NCBI GenBank assembly: GCA_026388075.1
Contig: JAPLKN010000145.1
Coordinates: 1-61,276, forward strand
Direction: 5' to 3'
Source of the DNA: Elusimicrobiota bacterium
GTDB taxonomy: Bacteria; Elusimicrobiota; Endomicrobiia; Endomicrobiales; JAPLKN01
Length of the DNA stretch: 61,276 bases
The position numbers were made by a program, and so were the translations under genes. Below the pieces are notes generated by a model. It saw only the letters and a program-made list of their open reading frames with translations. It did no database searches and was not told the origin of the DNA. Positions 8,020-17,109 of the stretch are shown here, in pieces (position 1 is the stretch's first letter; every line of letters starts with the position of its first letter).

Positions 8020-11000
8020 ATGCCGGGAGAAACTATTTTAAATAATGCGATTGAGCAGTTTAAGCAAGAACAAAGCAAAAAAGATGAATCGTTGTCGGGA
8101 AGCGAAACCGCGGAAACAACAGTTGCAGGCCAGGAACCCGAGAAATCGCATGAAACACTAGACGAGACGAAAAGCCAATTATTAAGCCAAGAAACACCGA
8201 CCGATGACGAAATCATAGATTTTCTTGATAAAAACGGAGAATTGTTAAAAGCGAATAATGTTAAATTAATTGAGGCGGACGACATATTATTAAAATTTAG
8301 AAAAGACAACCATCGTCTGCCGGATTTAAAAGAATTTAAAAATGAAATTGAAGTCATAAAGAAATTCCGTGAAAAAAACAAACAATTATTAACAGATCAA
8401 CATATTTTGAGCAGTGACGAACTTAATGTTCTAATTAAGTTCGAAAAACAAAATAATTATATTCCGGAAAAAGTAGAATTAGAAATCGCGATAGCATTTG
8501 ATGCGCACATTAAAGAGAGAAACCCCAATGTACCGGGGACACTTATACCAACTAAAGACCAGGTGGATACGATCAAAAGTCATGTCGGTCCAGGTTTTGG
8601 TGCTAAAAAAGCCGTAAGATTCCAGCTTTCAAGATGGAAATGGCTGACCAACAAACCGATGACAAAACCTGCTACTTATGATAAATTTCGTTCAGTTTAC
8701 AATCTCTTTTACAGGTCTAAGCCTCTTCCGGAGAACTGGCAGGGCTTGGCGCAGTACGCTAAACTGAAGAGAAAAGTGGAAATCTTTTTTGCGCCTTTTT
8801 TTGAAGTATTTAGTTTTGTGTTTAATCCGGTCGGATTTTTGCGTGCCCATACACCTGCAAAGGCAAGGAAAATAGGCGTTGCAGTAATCTGGAGTTCAGC
8901 CGTTGGCATGGGAATGGTGCCTTGGGTGATACTTGGTATCAGCTGGATAGCTTTGGGCTGGAGTATTTTAGCGGTATTTTTATCAAATATGATTTTACAT
9001 TCAATTTATAATATCTTTTTTGGAACTGGAACAAAGGCAAATGCTCCGCTGGCAATTGAAATTAAAGATGAAAACGCTGCGAGAGAGCTTATAAAAACAA
9101 AATGCTATGAAAAATTCGGACATCAACCTGAGGACTGGGAAACTGAAATGATTCTAGATGCTTTAAAGTGTAAACCGAATAATACCGCAATAGGCGACGC
9201 TATTGAGAATTTCTTAAATCATGAGCAAGAACTTCGAAATCTATTCATAAAAAAGTTTCATCAGCCACCAATGCCTGGGGAATTAGAGGTCTTATTTAAT
9301 ATTACGGCTGCTGCCGACGATGATAAATTCTCAGAAACCGTAGGCCAACTGCTTGAAGAAACAGGAAAAGCTGAACTGGAAAAATTAGTTGTACGCAAAG
9401 AAATAAAAGTTTTGTTTGCAAAGGAGCTGAATAATATATATGAAAAGTATCTTTCCGTAACTAATATAGAAAAAAATGAATTTATTCGGAGTTTGAGCAT
9501 CCAATACGAAGCTAATTTGAAAACTGAGGAACACACGGCGGTTTTCAAAGATTTGGTTTCTAATTTAAAATTGGATGATTCAACTAAATTACTCATTCTG
9601 AAAAAAATCATATTTTTAGCGTATTTTTTACCTATAAAAGTAAAAAAACATTTTGAAGTAACTGAAGAACCTGTTGAATATGCCGGTATGTATCTGGTAA
9701 GAGTGAAAAAAATAGGAAAGGCCGGCTCAGAAAAAACGCTTGTTGTCCCTTTAAACGATTCAGCAGAAGCCAAGCTCGCGCTTGAAGTGGCGGTGTATGA
9801 AACACTGGGCGGATACGGGGGAATTCCTATAATAGAAAAATTCTATGGGGCAGATGAGTATGGCGCTCTAGCACTTCTTTTTGACCAAGTTGTTGACTTA
9901 GATACTTTTACGATGACATTTGAGCTTGTGAATTCGTATATCAACCGAAAAAAAGGAGAAGGAAAAATAAAATATGAGGAAATAAAAAAAGCAGTTTTGA
10001 GCGACATTGAAATTGTTAAAAATAAAACTAAACTTCCTCCCGGGAAAATAAAAGCATTAATATTTATGGTAATAAGTTATTATGCCGCTCAGGATGATAA
10101 AACTTTTGAAGAAAGTCTTGAAGATGTTTTATCATCAAAGAAAATTCAAGAAGCCGTGGGGCGGCAGCTGACCAAAGTGTCTACATATGACAAATTTTGT
10201 CCGGTTTATAAACTTTTTACCGGCAAAGAATTGCCTAAAGGTTGGCAGGATTGGCTCAGATATTCCGCTCTTAAGAGAAAAGTGCAAATCTTTTTTGCGC
10301 CTGTTGTTGAAGTATTAAGTTTTGTGTTTAATTCAATAGGCTTTTTACTAGACCATTTTGAAAGAAAAACACAAAGAAGCCTTGTTTTTGAAATATTTTT
10401 AATTGCATTAAGTTTTGCTATAGGGCTTTTATTCCCGATGCAATGGATTGCGGTAGTAGGACTATCTTTAAGCAATATTTTAAACGGAATTTATAGTTTA
10501 ATCGTTAAAGCGAACTTGGAAAAAAATATAGGATCTGTTAAAAAAGGCATTGAAGAACTGAATAAACTGGAGCTTGCGAAAAATCCGCCTTTGGAAGAGT
10601 TCCAGACATTGAGTAATATAATTGAGAAGATGAAGCCTGAAGTTTTGAAAAATCAGAAAATATTGTCGGCTATAGCAGAAAAAATTGATGTGATAATCGG
10701 AATAAGAAAAGATTCTTTCGGAGAAGAACAGCCGGCTTTGCGGACAATATTTGGCGCAAACTCTTCTATTAGTAAGACAATTTGCACGATAATTAAAACT
10801 ATTTATGCAGACAGAGACATTGATAAATATGATTTAAGTTACAGAATAGGTAAAATTATGGAAAATGAACAAAAAGATTTCTATAACAAGAAAACATTTT
10901 CAGAATTCGGTAAAGATGAAATATGGACATCGGAGTATGTAATCGGAATGGCAAAAAGGCAAAAATTTGTTGATATGGTAAATTCTGCAGTAGAAAAAGA

Positions 11001-13341
11001 GCTCAATACTAACCAAATACATGATAAAAAAATAGATAAATCTGAAATTTATAGGACAATCGGGGTTGCAGTGATATTGGGAATTACAATAGTGTCTGCA
11101 GTCATTTTCCCTGTATTGCCGTTTATAGGACCTGCGGTTGAGTTTATTTCATTACTGATAACGAATATTCTGTCTTTAATAGGAATTCAAATCTCAGGGA
11201 TAATGCTGGTTATTTTACAGTCCTTAATTGCGGCTGGAATAGTAAATATTTTCAGCCATTTTATCTATCAATTAACGAAAGGCGAACAATATAATATCGA
11301 AAGCTTGCCCAAAGAACTGGGGATTTGGCTTAATACGCTGAGAAATGTGATATCGCTAGAATGGCTTGAGCATTTCAAGAAAACAACTTTTGAAGGGACA
11401 AACAAATTTAGCAGAGGTATAAATCCCTTTGTATTTGCTTCTCTTGAATCCGATGGCGCAATATTGAATAAAGAATTATCCGGAATAAAAATATTAGCTC
11501 TTGCTGATAACATTGAGAAGCTAAGTCCACTGGGTTATTCTGTTACATTTAAAACAGATGAAGGTAAAGTAATAAAGTCTGCTGTCTGGGCAAAAAATGA
11601 TGATGGCAGTTTGGCAATATATCTTGATATGAGAGAACTGCCGGCAGATAAAAAAGAAACTTTTTTTCAAGAAGCTGTTAAAGACATAATAACCCAGCTG
11701 GGAGGAGCTTACGGTCTTTCCGGAAACAGAAATATTCTGGAAATATTAAGCGGACTGGGAATAAAAGAGTTCTCAAGCTGGGATTTTTCTAACCCCGTTC
11801 TAATTACAAGCGATGCCGAGATTAATCAATGGAAAAAGAACGATTCTTTTGCAATTAATTTCCCGCGAGTGCCTATAGTTTCATTAGAAAGTTTCAAACA
11901 GTTCAGCCCGGGCGAGGCGAAAGAATTTATCGCAAATCTTTCGGCATTAAAAAACAATCATGCTCTTACAAAAAGCGGGCAGACAATATTGAAAACAAAA
12001 GTACCAAGCATAGCAAAAGCTTATAAAGAGGGAGAAGCGTTAAAACTTGGCAATGTTTCAAGACTCTTTAATGCAAATATTTTCACTTCAATAAATGGGA
12101 ATTTTAAAAGCAGTAATAAAGGATATAGAGAAGGTTTTATAGATAATGAGCATTTTTTCGGGAGAAAAGTTATTGCGGGCTATTTCAATATTAGAAATAT
12201 TAAAACTCTTAATAATGAAGAAATAAAAGAAATTAGCAACACGCTTGGGATAGACGGTCTTTATTTTGATTTTGGCAATGAAACTATAACAAATGAAGAT
12301 GCTAAAAATTTCATAAATGACATTCTTGGCGAGATCCGTGCTGATGTAGTAATTAATATATATTTCGGAAATAAAAAATTTGCTAAAGGAATATTTCCCG
12401 AAAGAGTAAAAACAGTTATAAAGAAATCTGTAAAAGAACAGGGTTTTTCAAAATACTTTTCTTCAGATAATATTTACGAAATTAGTATTGACAATGATAT
12501 TACCGACGGAGAATTAATTAAAGTGTTTCAAGAGATAAGCAATATTCCTTCTTCAATCAGCTTGATATTTGATCTGGAGAAACTGAAAAAAGCCGCTGGC
12601 AATATCAGGGATGTTCTTGATGAAAAATTGTTTATTATTAATATACTTAAAAATTTGAACTGCATTCTTAAAACTCCGGAAGAAAAAATAACTTACGAAA
12701 GAAATTTTGTGAAAAACATGGAAACAAAATATTTTCCCAAAATGAGTGAAACCGAAGAAGAAAATGAAAAGATTTTTGAAACTTTAGAAAAAACACTTGA
12801 TATGATAAAAACAGGCAATTTAGCTAATGGAAAAACGGAAGAATTATTGAAAATATTTAGGCCTGAATCTTTCATAGGACTTCATCTAAAAGAACTTTAT
12901 AACGGCGAAAAACCTGATACCGTTTCTTTGAAGGCGTTTATCAACGCTTTGTTGGAAATGATGCTTGTTAAACAGGCAAAACCCGGCTTTGAATTTGCCG
13001 ATATAAGAATGAGAGAAAAATTAGGCAAGGCATTATATGAGCAAAGAATCAACGGTAAGACTAAGGATAAAAACGAAATTGAAAACAAGCTAATTAAACT
13101 TAATGCTTTAATAACAAAACTGAACACGGAAAAATTTTATAGGGCAGTTGACAAAAATATATCTGAACTTGAATTAGAAATAGCAAGTACTGGAACTAGC
13201 GCGGAGCAAAAAGCTGTAGCCAGGGACGCTATGATAGAAATTATTAAACTTTGGTCTGAGCCGAAGTGGAAGAAAAAAATCAATAAAACTCCTCAAAGTA
13301 TTGATACTGAAAAGGTTAAGAATATTCTGTCAGCGGCATAA
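8020..13341 (+). CDS. Giant mosaic protein B (1773 aa). It has an acidic N-terminus, two copies of a membrane-hairpin module, a further TM cluster (about 11045-11270) and a C-terminal region paralogous to the ORF E C-terminus.
   Basis: Uninterrupted 5.3-kb ORF. It is in the same frame as ORF A, 10 sense codons after the TAA of A. The only SD-like element (AAGGAAGAG, 7990-7998) lies 22 nt upstream of the ATG. Confidence 0.85.
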   Translation: MPGETILNNAIEQFKQEQSKKDESLSGSETAETTVAGQEPEKSHETLDETKSQLLSQETPTDDEIIDFLDKNGELLKANNVKLIEADDILLKFRKDNHRLPDLKEFKNEIEVIKKFREKNKQLLTDQHILSSDELNVLIKFEKQNNYIPEKVELEIAIAFDAHIKERNPNVPGTLIPTKDQVDTIKSHVGPGFGAKKAVRFQLSRWKWLTNKPMTKPATYDKFRSVYNLFYRSKPLPENWQGLAQYAKLKRKVEIFFAPFFEVFSFVFNPVGFLRAHTPAKARKIGVAVIWSSAVGMGMVPWVILGISWIALGWSILAVFLSNMILHSIYNIFFGTGTKANAPLAIEIKDENAARELIKTKCYEKFGHQPEDWETEMILDALKCKPNNTAIGDAIENFLNHEQELRNLFIKKFHQPPMPGELEVLFNITAAADDDKFSETVGQLLEETGKAELEKLVVRKEIKVLFAKELNNIYEKYLSVTNIEKNEFIRSLSIQYEANLKTEEHTAVFKDLVSNLKLDDSTKLLILKKIIFLAYFLPIKVKKHFEVTEEPVEYAGMYLVRVKKIGKAGSEKTLVVPLNDSAEAKLALEVAVYETLGGYGGIPIIEKFYGADEYGALALLFDQVVDLDTFTMTFELVNSYINRKKGEGKIKYEEIKKAVLSDIEIVKNKTKLPPGKIKALIFMVISYYAAQDDKTFEESLEDVLSSKKIQEAVGRQLTKVSTYDKFCPVYKLFTGKELPKGWQDWLRYSALKRKVQIFFAPVVEVLSFVFNSIGFLLDHFERKTQRSLVFEIFLIALSFAIGLLFPMQWIAVVGLSLSNILNGIYSLIVKANLEKNIGSVKKGIEELNKLELAKNPPLEEFQTLSNIIEKMKPEVLKNQKILSAIAEKIDVIIGIRKDSFGEEQPALRTIFGANSSISKTICTIIKTIYADRDIDKYDLSYRIGKIMENEQKDFYNKKTFSEFGKDEIWTSEYVIGMAKRQKFVDMVNSAVEKELNTNQIHDKKIDKSEIYRTIGVAVILGITIVSAVIFPVLPFIGPAVEFISLLITNILSLIGIQISGIMLVILQSLIAAGIVNIFSHFIYQLTKGEQYNIESLPKELGIWLNTLRNVISLEWLEHFKKTTFEGTNKFSRGINPFVFASLESDGAILNKELSGIKILALADNIEKLSPLGYSVTFKTDEGKVIKSAVWAKNDDGSLAIYLDMRELPADKKETFFQEAVKDIITQLGGAYGLSGNRNILEILSGLGIKEFSSWDFSNPVLITSDAEINQWKKNDSFAINFPRVPIVSLESFKQFSPGEAKEFIANLSALKNNHALTKSGQTILKTKVPSIAKAYKEGEALKLGNVSRLFNANIFTSINGNFKSSNKGYREGFIDNEHFFGRKVIAGYFNIRNIKTLNNEEIKEISNTLGIDGLYFDFGNETITNEDAKNFINDILGEIRADVVINIYFGNKKFAKGIFPERVKTVIKKSVKEQGFSKYFSSDNIYEISIDNDITDGELIKVFQEISNIPSSISLIFDLEKLKKAAGNIRDVLDEKLFIINILKNLNCILKTPEEKITYERNFVKNMETKYFPKMSETEEENEKIFETLEKTLDMIKTGNLANGKTEELLKIFRPESFIGLHLKELYNGEKPDTVSLKAFINALLEMMLVKQAKPGFEFADIRMREKLGKALYEQRINGKTKDKNEIENKLIKLNALITKLNTEKFYRAVDKNISELELEIASTGTSAEQKAVARDAMIEIIKLWSEPKWKKKINKTPQSIDTEKVKNILSAA
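8671..9060 (+). repeat. ORF B membrane module, copy 1 (TYDKFRSVYNLF...KLKRKVEIFFAPFFEVFSFVFNPVGFL + TM helices + GTGTKANAPL)
   Basis: Paralogous to 10180-10540 at both protein and nucleotide level (aaaagtggaaatcttttttgcgcc vs aaaagtgcaaatcttttttgcgcc). Confidence 0.7.
10180..10540 (+). repeat. ORF B membrane module, copy 2 (TYDKFCPVYKLF...LKRKVQIFFAPVVEVLSFVFNSIGFL + TM helices)
   Basis: See copy 1; the offset is about 1510 nt. Confidence 0.7.
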
Positions 13342-13463
13342 TTTAGTAAAAGGCGTGTAAAAGTGTAAATGTTTAGAAGGTTACGAAAGTAAAAAGCTTT
13401 TAAGTATTTATCCTTCTAAACCTTAACACTTTCTTAACTCTCATAACGCAGTCTCAAAAAAGT

Positions 13464-13492
13464 TTGACAGAATCTGCGTTTTTAGGTATAAT
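13464..13492 (+). promoter_or_regulatory. Perfect sigma70-type promoter, TTGACA-N17-TATAAT
   Basis: TTGACA at 13464-13469, a 17-nt spacer, then TATAAT at 13487-13492. It lies in the 450-nt gap between ORF B and rpmH, about 300 nt upstream of the rpmH ATG. Confidence 0.6.
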
Positions 13493-13791
13493 TCCTACCT
13501 TAAAATAGATCTCCGTTTCAGCCATTTCTGCTATTTAAAACATATTGTTAATTCAACCCAAATTTTGCAACAGATTGCAAAATTTGTCCCAAAGGGACAG
13601 CCCGTCATCGACGAGCTGGGTTAACCCCGCACCATTTATAACTTGTTCAATTAAATGTTTGCCGGGGTTTCCAGCTGACACTCTTTTAAAGTGCTTCATT
13701 TTTCAGCATTTTCAATGGTGTGGCACTACGTGCAGATTTTTCTATTGAAAAATCTGGGTTCAATATAATTTGCCAAAAAAGGATATTAAAC

Positions 13792-13929
13792 ATGGTTAAA
13801 CGCACATTTCAACCAAACAGAAGGCACCGCAAAAAAACTATCGGTTTTCGCGCCAGAATGAAATCTAAAGGCGGAAGAAGAGTATTAAGCGCGCGCAGAA
13901 GAAAGGGCCGGAAGATACTGAGCGCATAA
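13792..13929 (+). CDS. rpmH: 50S ribosomal protein L34
   Basis: [45 protein letters not shown] (45 aa) is a canonical L34 sequence. AAGGA lies 7-8 nt upstream of ATG 13792. The ORF-track start at 13720 is an in-frame upstream extension. Confidence 0.95.
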   Translation: MVKRTFQPNRRHRKKTIGFRARMKSKGGRRVLSARRRKGRKILSA

Positions 13930-13963
13930 TTAGGAGACACTGAAAGACTATCTTTTCTGTTCC

Positions 13964-14107
13964 TCCGCCAGTGGCGGATCGCGTTTAACTTGAAAATTCC
14001 CCGCATCTTGATGCGGGGTAACCAATAACTTCTCCCTTTGAAAAAGGGAGATTGAGAGGGATTTGGCGTTATTGAATCTCCCCTCACCCCTCTTTTTCAA
14101 AGAGGGG
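13964..14107. repeat. Cluster of four GC-rich perfect hairpins in the rpmH-rnpA spacer
   Basis: The four hairpins are tccgccaGtggcgga (13964-13978), ccccgcat-cttg-atgcgggg (13999-14018), tctcccttt-gaa-aaagggaga (14031-14051) and cccctcttt-ttc-aaagagggg (14087-14107). Confidence 0.8.
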
Positions 14108-14210
14108 AACATCTGATACCCCGCAGACTTGAAGAAATAAAACTGTAAAGACTTTGTTATTTTGATATTTTCTTAATTGTTGTTTGGATTTAGCCTTATA
14201 ACTTAATTAT

Positions 14211-14585
14211 ATGCGAGAAAATAAGGACCTCAAATATACTTTTAGGTTTTCCGAAAGACTTCATCTTCAAAAAGATTTTGATAAAATCTTCAAATCGGGC
14301 CGGAAAGCGGTTCACCCGGCGATTTTTGTTTATTCATTTTCCAGAAATGACAGATCTAAAATCCGCAGGCTGGGACTTATCACTTCGGGAAAACTTGGGC
14401 TTGCAGTAAAAAGAAATACTCTCAAAAGAAGACTGCGCGAAATTTTTAGATTAAACAAGCACAACTTAAAAACCGGGATAGATTTATTGTTTATTCCCAA
14501 GAAGGCCGCAATTGATATGGATTACCATAAACTTGAGGAAACAGTAATTTCTCTTCTAGAAAAGCTTAATGCAATAACAGTATGA
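14211..14585 (+). CDS. rnpA: Ribonuclease P protein component
   Basis: 124-aa basic protein ([17 protein letters not shown]...[13 protein letters not shown]) in the conserved position after rpmH. Its stop overlaps the yidD start (ATGA). Confidence 0.85.
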   Translation: MRENKDLKYTFRFSERLHLQKDFDKIFKSGRKAVHPAIFVYSFSRNDRSKIRRLGLITSGKLGLAVKRNTLKRRLREIFRLNKHNLKTGIDLLFIPKKAAIDMDYHKLEETVISLLEKLNAITV

Positions 14586-14797
14586 AAAAAATATTACTTT
14601 TAATTATAAGGCTTTACCAAATTATTTTTTCTTTCTTGCCTCATAGGTGCAGGTTCAGTCCGACTTGTTCCCATTACACTTACGAAGCTATTGAAAAATA
14701 CGGTGTTTTCAGGGGAACATGGCTGGGGATAAAAAGAATTCTAAAATGCCACCCGTTCCATAAAGGGGGGTACGATCCTTTACCCCGTAAGAGATAA
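14582..14797 (+). CDS. yidD: Membrane protein insertion efficiency factor YidD
   Basis: [59 protein letters not shown] is the canonical YidD motif set. The gene has a 4-nt overlap with rnpA. Confidence 0.9.
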   Translation: MKKILLLIIRLYQIIFSFLPHRCRFSPTCSHYTYEAIEKYGVFRGTWLGIKRILKCHPFHKGGYDPLPRKR

Positions 14798-14829
14798 CCG
14801 GCTAATATGTTTTGTGCTTTTTGACGTCC

Positions 14830-15010
14830 TCTAAAGGGGTCACTGCGAGGAACCTTTCGAATTAGTTCAGGGTGACGAAGCAGTCCGATGTAGAGCATCG
14901 TCCCGAGTAAAACGAGGGATCTTCTTCCGTTACATCATGGATCCTTCGCTTTGCTCAGGATGACCCTACGGGTCAGATTGCTTCCCCCGACGTTCGTCGG
15001 AGTCGCAATG
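14830..15010. repeat. GC-rich short-repeat cluster in the yidD-yidC spacer
   Basis: It contains AGTTCAGGGTGAC (14864-14876; also at 17016-17028, with variant AGTTCAGCATGAC at 16925-16937). TCAGGATGAC (14955-14964) is the inverted copy of GTCATCCTGA at 16878-16887. There are also hairpins gaccc-tac-gggtc and ccgacgTTcgtcgg (14987-15000). Confidence 0.7.
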
Positions 15011-15122
15011 ACAGACAAAAACGGGATTCGTGGCAGTTTCATAATTAGTTTATAATCACCATAATTATTATCTAAAAAATCACTGAAATCAGGCATAATA
15101 AATTATACCAAGAGGAAATTAA

Positions 15123-16676
15123 ATGCAAAAGAATACGTTTTTGGCAATATTTTTATCAACGCTTTTTCTGATTGTATGGTGGACCTACTTTCAGCCTAAA
15201 CCGGCAAAAGTTCCCGTAGTTCCTAGAACGGAAGTTCCAGCTGAACAAGCGATAGACATTAGGAAGCTTGGGGAATCGCCGAAAATATCAAAGGAAGTCC
15301 TTTTAGAAAATATTGCAACCCCGGAAAAAGAAATAATTGTAGAAACCAAAAAATATCGGGTTGTTTTTACTAACAGAGGAGCTGCGATTAAGAGCTGGAT
15401 AATTAAAGAAATAAACGGAAATTTAGTAGATCTTGTGCTTGGAAAAAATTCAAGCGTTATGGCAACTTTCCCGGGTTCAAATTATACCGTATCTCAGCCG
15501 GAGCCTTTTAAGATTGTTTTTAAACATACTTCGCCTCAAGGTTGGGAAATAGTAAAAACCTATAATCTTTCCAAAGAATATCTCCATAATTTGACAATAG
15601 AACTTAAAAAAATTAAAAAATCTGCCAAGCTTCCTTACATTTCCGTCGGCTGGGGCCCGGGCCTAGGAACTGATTATAAAGAGCTTAAAGAAAATACCGG
15701 CTTAATTCGCGTTTTGGGTTATACGATTGCAAAGCCGCCTAAACTGGAAAAACTTAAAAATGGCGAGCATTCAGGCACCTTTTATGAGTGGACCGCAATT
15801 GACAACAGATATTTCCTTGCCGCGTTTATACCGGAAAACGGAAAAGGTTTTCCAAACATTGAAGTTTATAAAGAAAATAAGAATAGCCCTTTAGGAATAA
15901 ACTTGTTTTCAACACCTAAGCCCGATTCTTTAAAAGAGGAATTTTCTGTTAATTATTATGTGGGCCCGAAAGAGTATAACATGCTCAAGTCGTTCAATCT
16001 TAAACTTGAAGAAACGGTTGATTTTGGCTTTTTTGGATTTCTGGGAAAAGGGGTGCTTTATGTGCTCCATTTTATAAAGAACATTACAAATAATTTCGGC
16101 TGGGCGATAATAATTTTAACCGTAATCATGCAAATTATAGTTGCTCCGCTTACGATAAAGAGTTTTAAGGCTTCTGCCGCAATGAAACAGCTTCAGCCTC
16201 ATATTAAAGAACTTCAGGATAAATATAAGAATGATTCAAAACGGCTCAATGCCGAAGTACTTAATTTATATAAGACGCAGAAGGTAAATCCTTTAGGAGG
16301 GTGCCTTCCGATGATTTTGCAGCTTCCGATTTTTTGGGCGCTTTTTACAACGCTTAGAAATGCTTACGAGCTGAGGGGAGCTAATTGGATATTGTGGGTT
16401 AAAGACCTTTCAGCGCCGGATTCGGTTGCTGCTTTCGGGAGTTTCAATTTGAATATTTTGCCTCTTATTATGGGTATAGGAATGTTTTTACAGCAGAAAA
16501 TGATGACGGTTCAGACCGATCAGATGCAGGCAAGGATGATGTATATGATGCCCGTTATTTTTACTTTTATGTTCTGGGGTTTTCCTTCAGGACTTGTTAT
16601 ATATTGGCTTACAAACAGCGTTCTTACAATGCTGGAGCAATATTTTATTATGAAAGGGATGGATTCGCCCCGTTAG
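15123..16676 (+). CDS. yidC: Membrane protein insertase YidC
   Basis: 517 aa with an N-terminal TM and a periplasmic domain. The conserved core is GWAIIILTVIMQIIVAPLTIKSFKASAAMKQLQPHIKELQDKYKND...NPLGGCLPMILQLPIFWALF. GAGGA lies upstream of the ATG. Confidence 0.95.
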   Translation: MQKNTFLAIFLSTLFLIVWWTYFQPKPAKVPVVPRTEVPAEQAIDIRKLGESPKISKEVLLENIATPEKEIIVETKKYRVVFTNRGAAIKSWIIKEINGNLVDLVLGKNSSVMATFPGSNYTVSQPEPFKIVFKHTSPQGWEIVKTYNLSKEYLHNLTIELKKIKKSAKLPYISVGWGPGLGTDYKELKENTGLIRVLGYTIAKPPKLEKLKNGEHSGTFYEWTAIDNRYFLAAFIPENGKGFPNIEVYKENKNSPLGINLFSTPKPDSLKEEFSVNYYVGPKEYNMLKSFNLKLEETVDFGFFGFLGKGVLYVLHFIKNITNNFGWAIIILTVIMQIIVAPLTIKSFKASAAMKQLQPHIKELQDKYKNDSKRLNAEVLNLYKTQKVNPLGGCLPMILQLPIFWALFTTLRNAYELRGANWILWVKDLSAPDSVAAFGSFNLNILPLIMGIGMFLQQKMMTVQTDQMQARMMYMMPVIFTFMFWGFPSGLVIYWLTNSVLTMLEQYFIMKGMDSPR

Positions 16677-16839
16677 AAACATTTAAACGTTAAGAAAAAA
16701 TTAAAGATAACGAATATATAAATCTGCTCTTTCGTAGTTTTGGGAATAAACAGCTGTTTAGCTGTTTCTAACGGGGTAAAGCCCCATTAGAGATACAAAA
16801 ATAATAAATTTTATCCTTATGAAGGATAACTAAAAAGTG

Positions 16840-17035
16840 TCAGAAAGTCATTCCGAACTTAACAGCATAAAAAGAATGTCATCCTGAATTTATTTCAGGA
16901 TCTCGGTTTTGAGATGCTGAACCAAGTTCAGCATGACAAAATTGAAATTGACCCTGACCTCCCCCCGCATGGTTTCTTTGAAACCAAATCAACGGGGCAG
17001 GCACGGCGGACAGGCAAGTTCAGGGTGACAGCTTA
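16840..17035. repeat. GC-rich hairpin-repeat cluster in the yidC-jag spacer
   Basis: Hairpins are atcctgaa-tttat-ttcaggat (16881-16901), atgctgaac-caa-gttcagcat (16914-16934) and ggtttc-ttt-gaaacc. It shares 13-mers with the 14830-15010 cluster. Confidence 0.75.
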
Positions 17036-17109
17036 GAAATCTACTTGGCGGTCTTAATGCGGCGAAATCAAAAAATACTAAAGATGTTATACTTGCGGAG
17101 GTAAAATAG

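Noticed and set aside
7797-8381. 194-aa minus-strand ORF spanning the ORF A / ORF B junction
   Set aside because: It has the same shadow-ORF composition. It overlaps two strongly supported + strand ORFs and has no independent evidence.
13545-13748. 67-aa ORF in the rpmH leader, and the 13720 upstream extension of rpmH
   Set aside because: It has no SD and an odd Cys/Phe/Trp-rich sequence, and it overlaps the hairpins of the leader. L34 is universally about 44-46 aa and starts at MVKRTFQP (13792), which has its own AAGGA.
13342-13791. Possible oriC/DnaA-box cluster next to rpmH
   Set aside because: rpmH often neighbours dnaA/oriC, but no dnaA is present. I found no TTATCCACA/TGTGGATAA box better than 7/9 (e.g. 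TTATCCTTC at 13407) and no clustered boxes or obvious DUE.
13809-14087. Minus-strand ORFs 13809-14087 (92 aa) and 14680-14898 (72 aa)
   Set aside because: They overlap rpmH or yidD on the opposite strand and are otherwise built from translated GC-rich hairpin repeats. This is a typical repeat-derived artefact.
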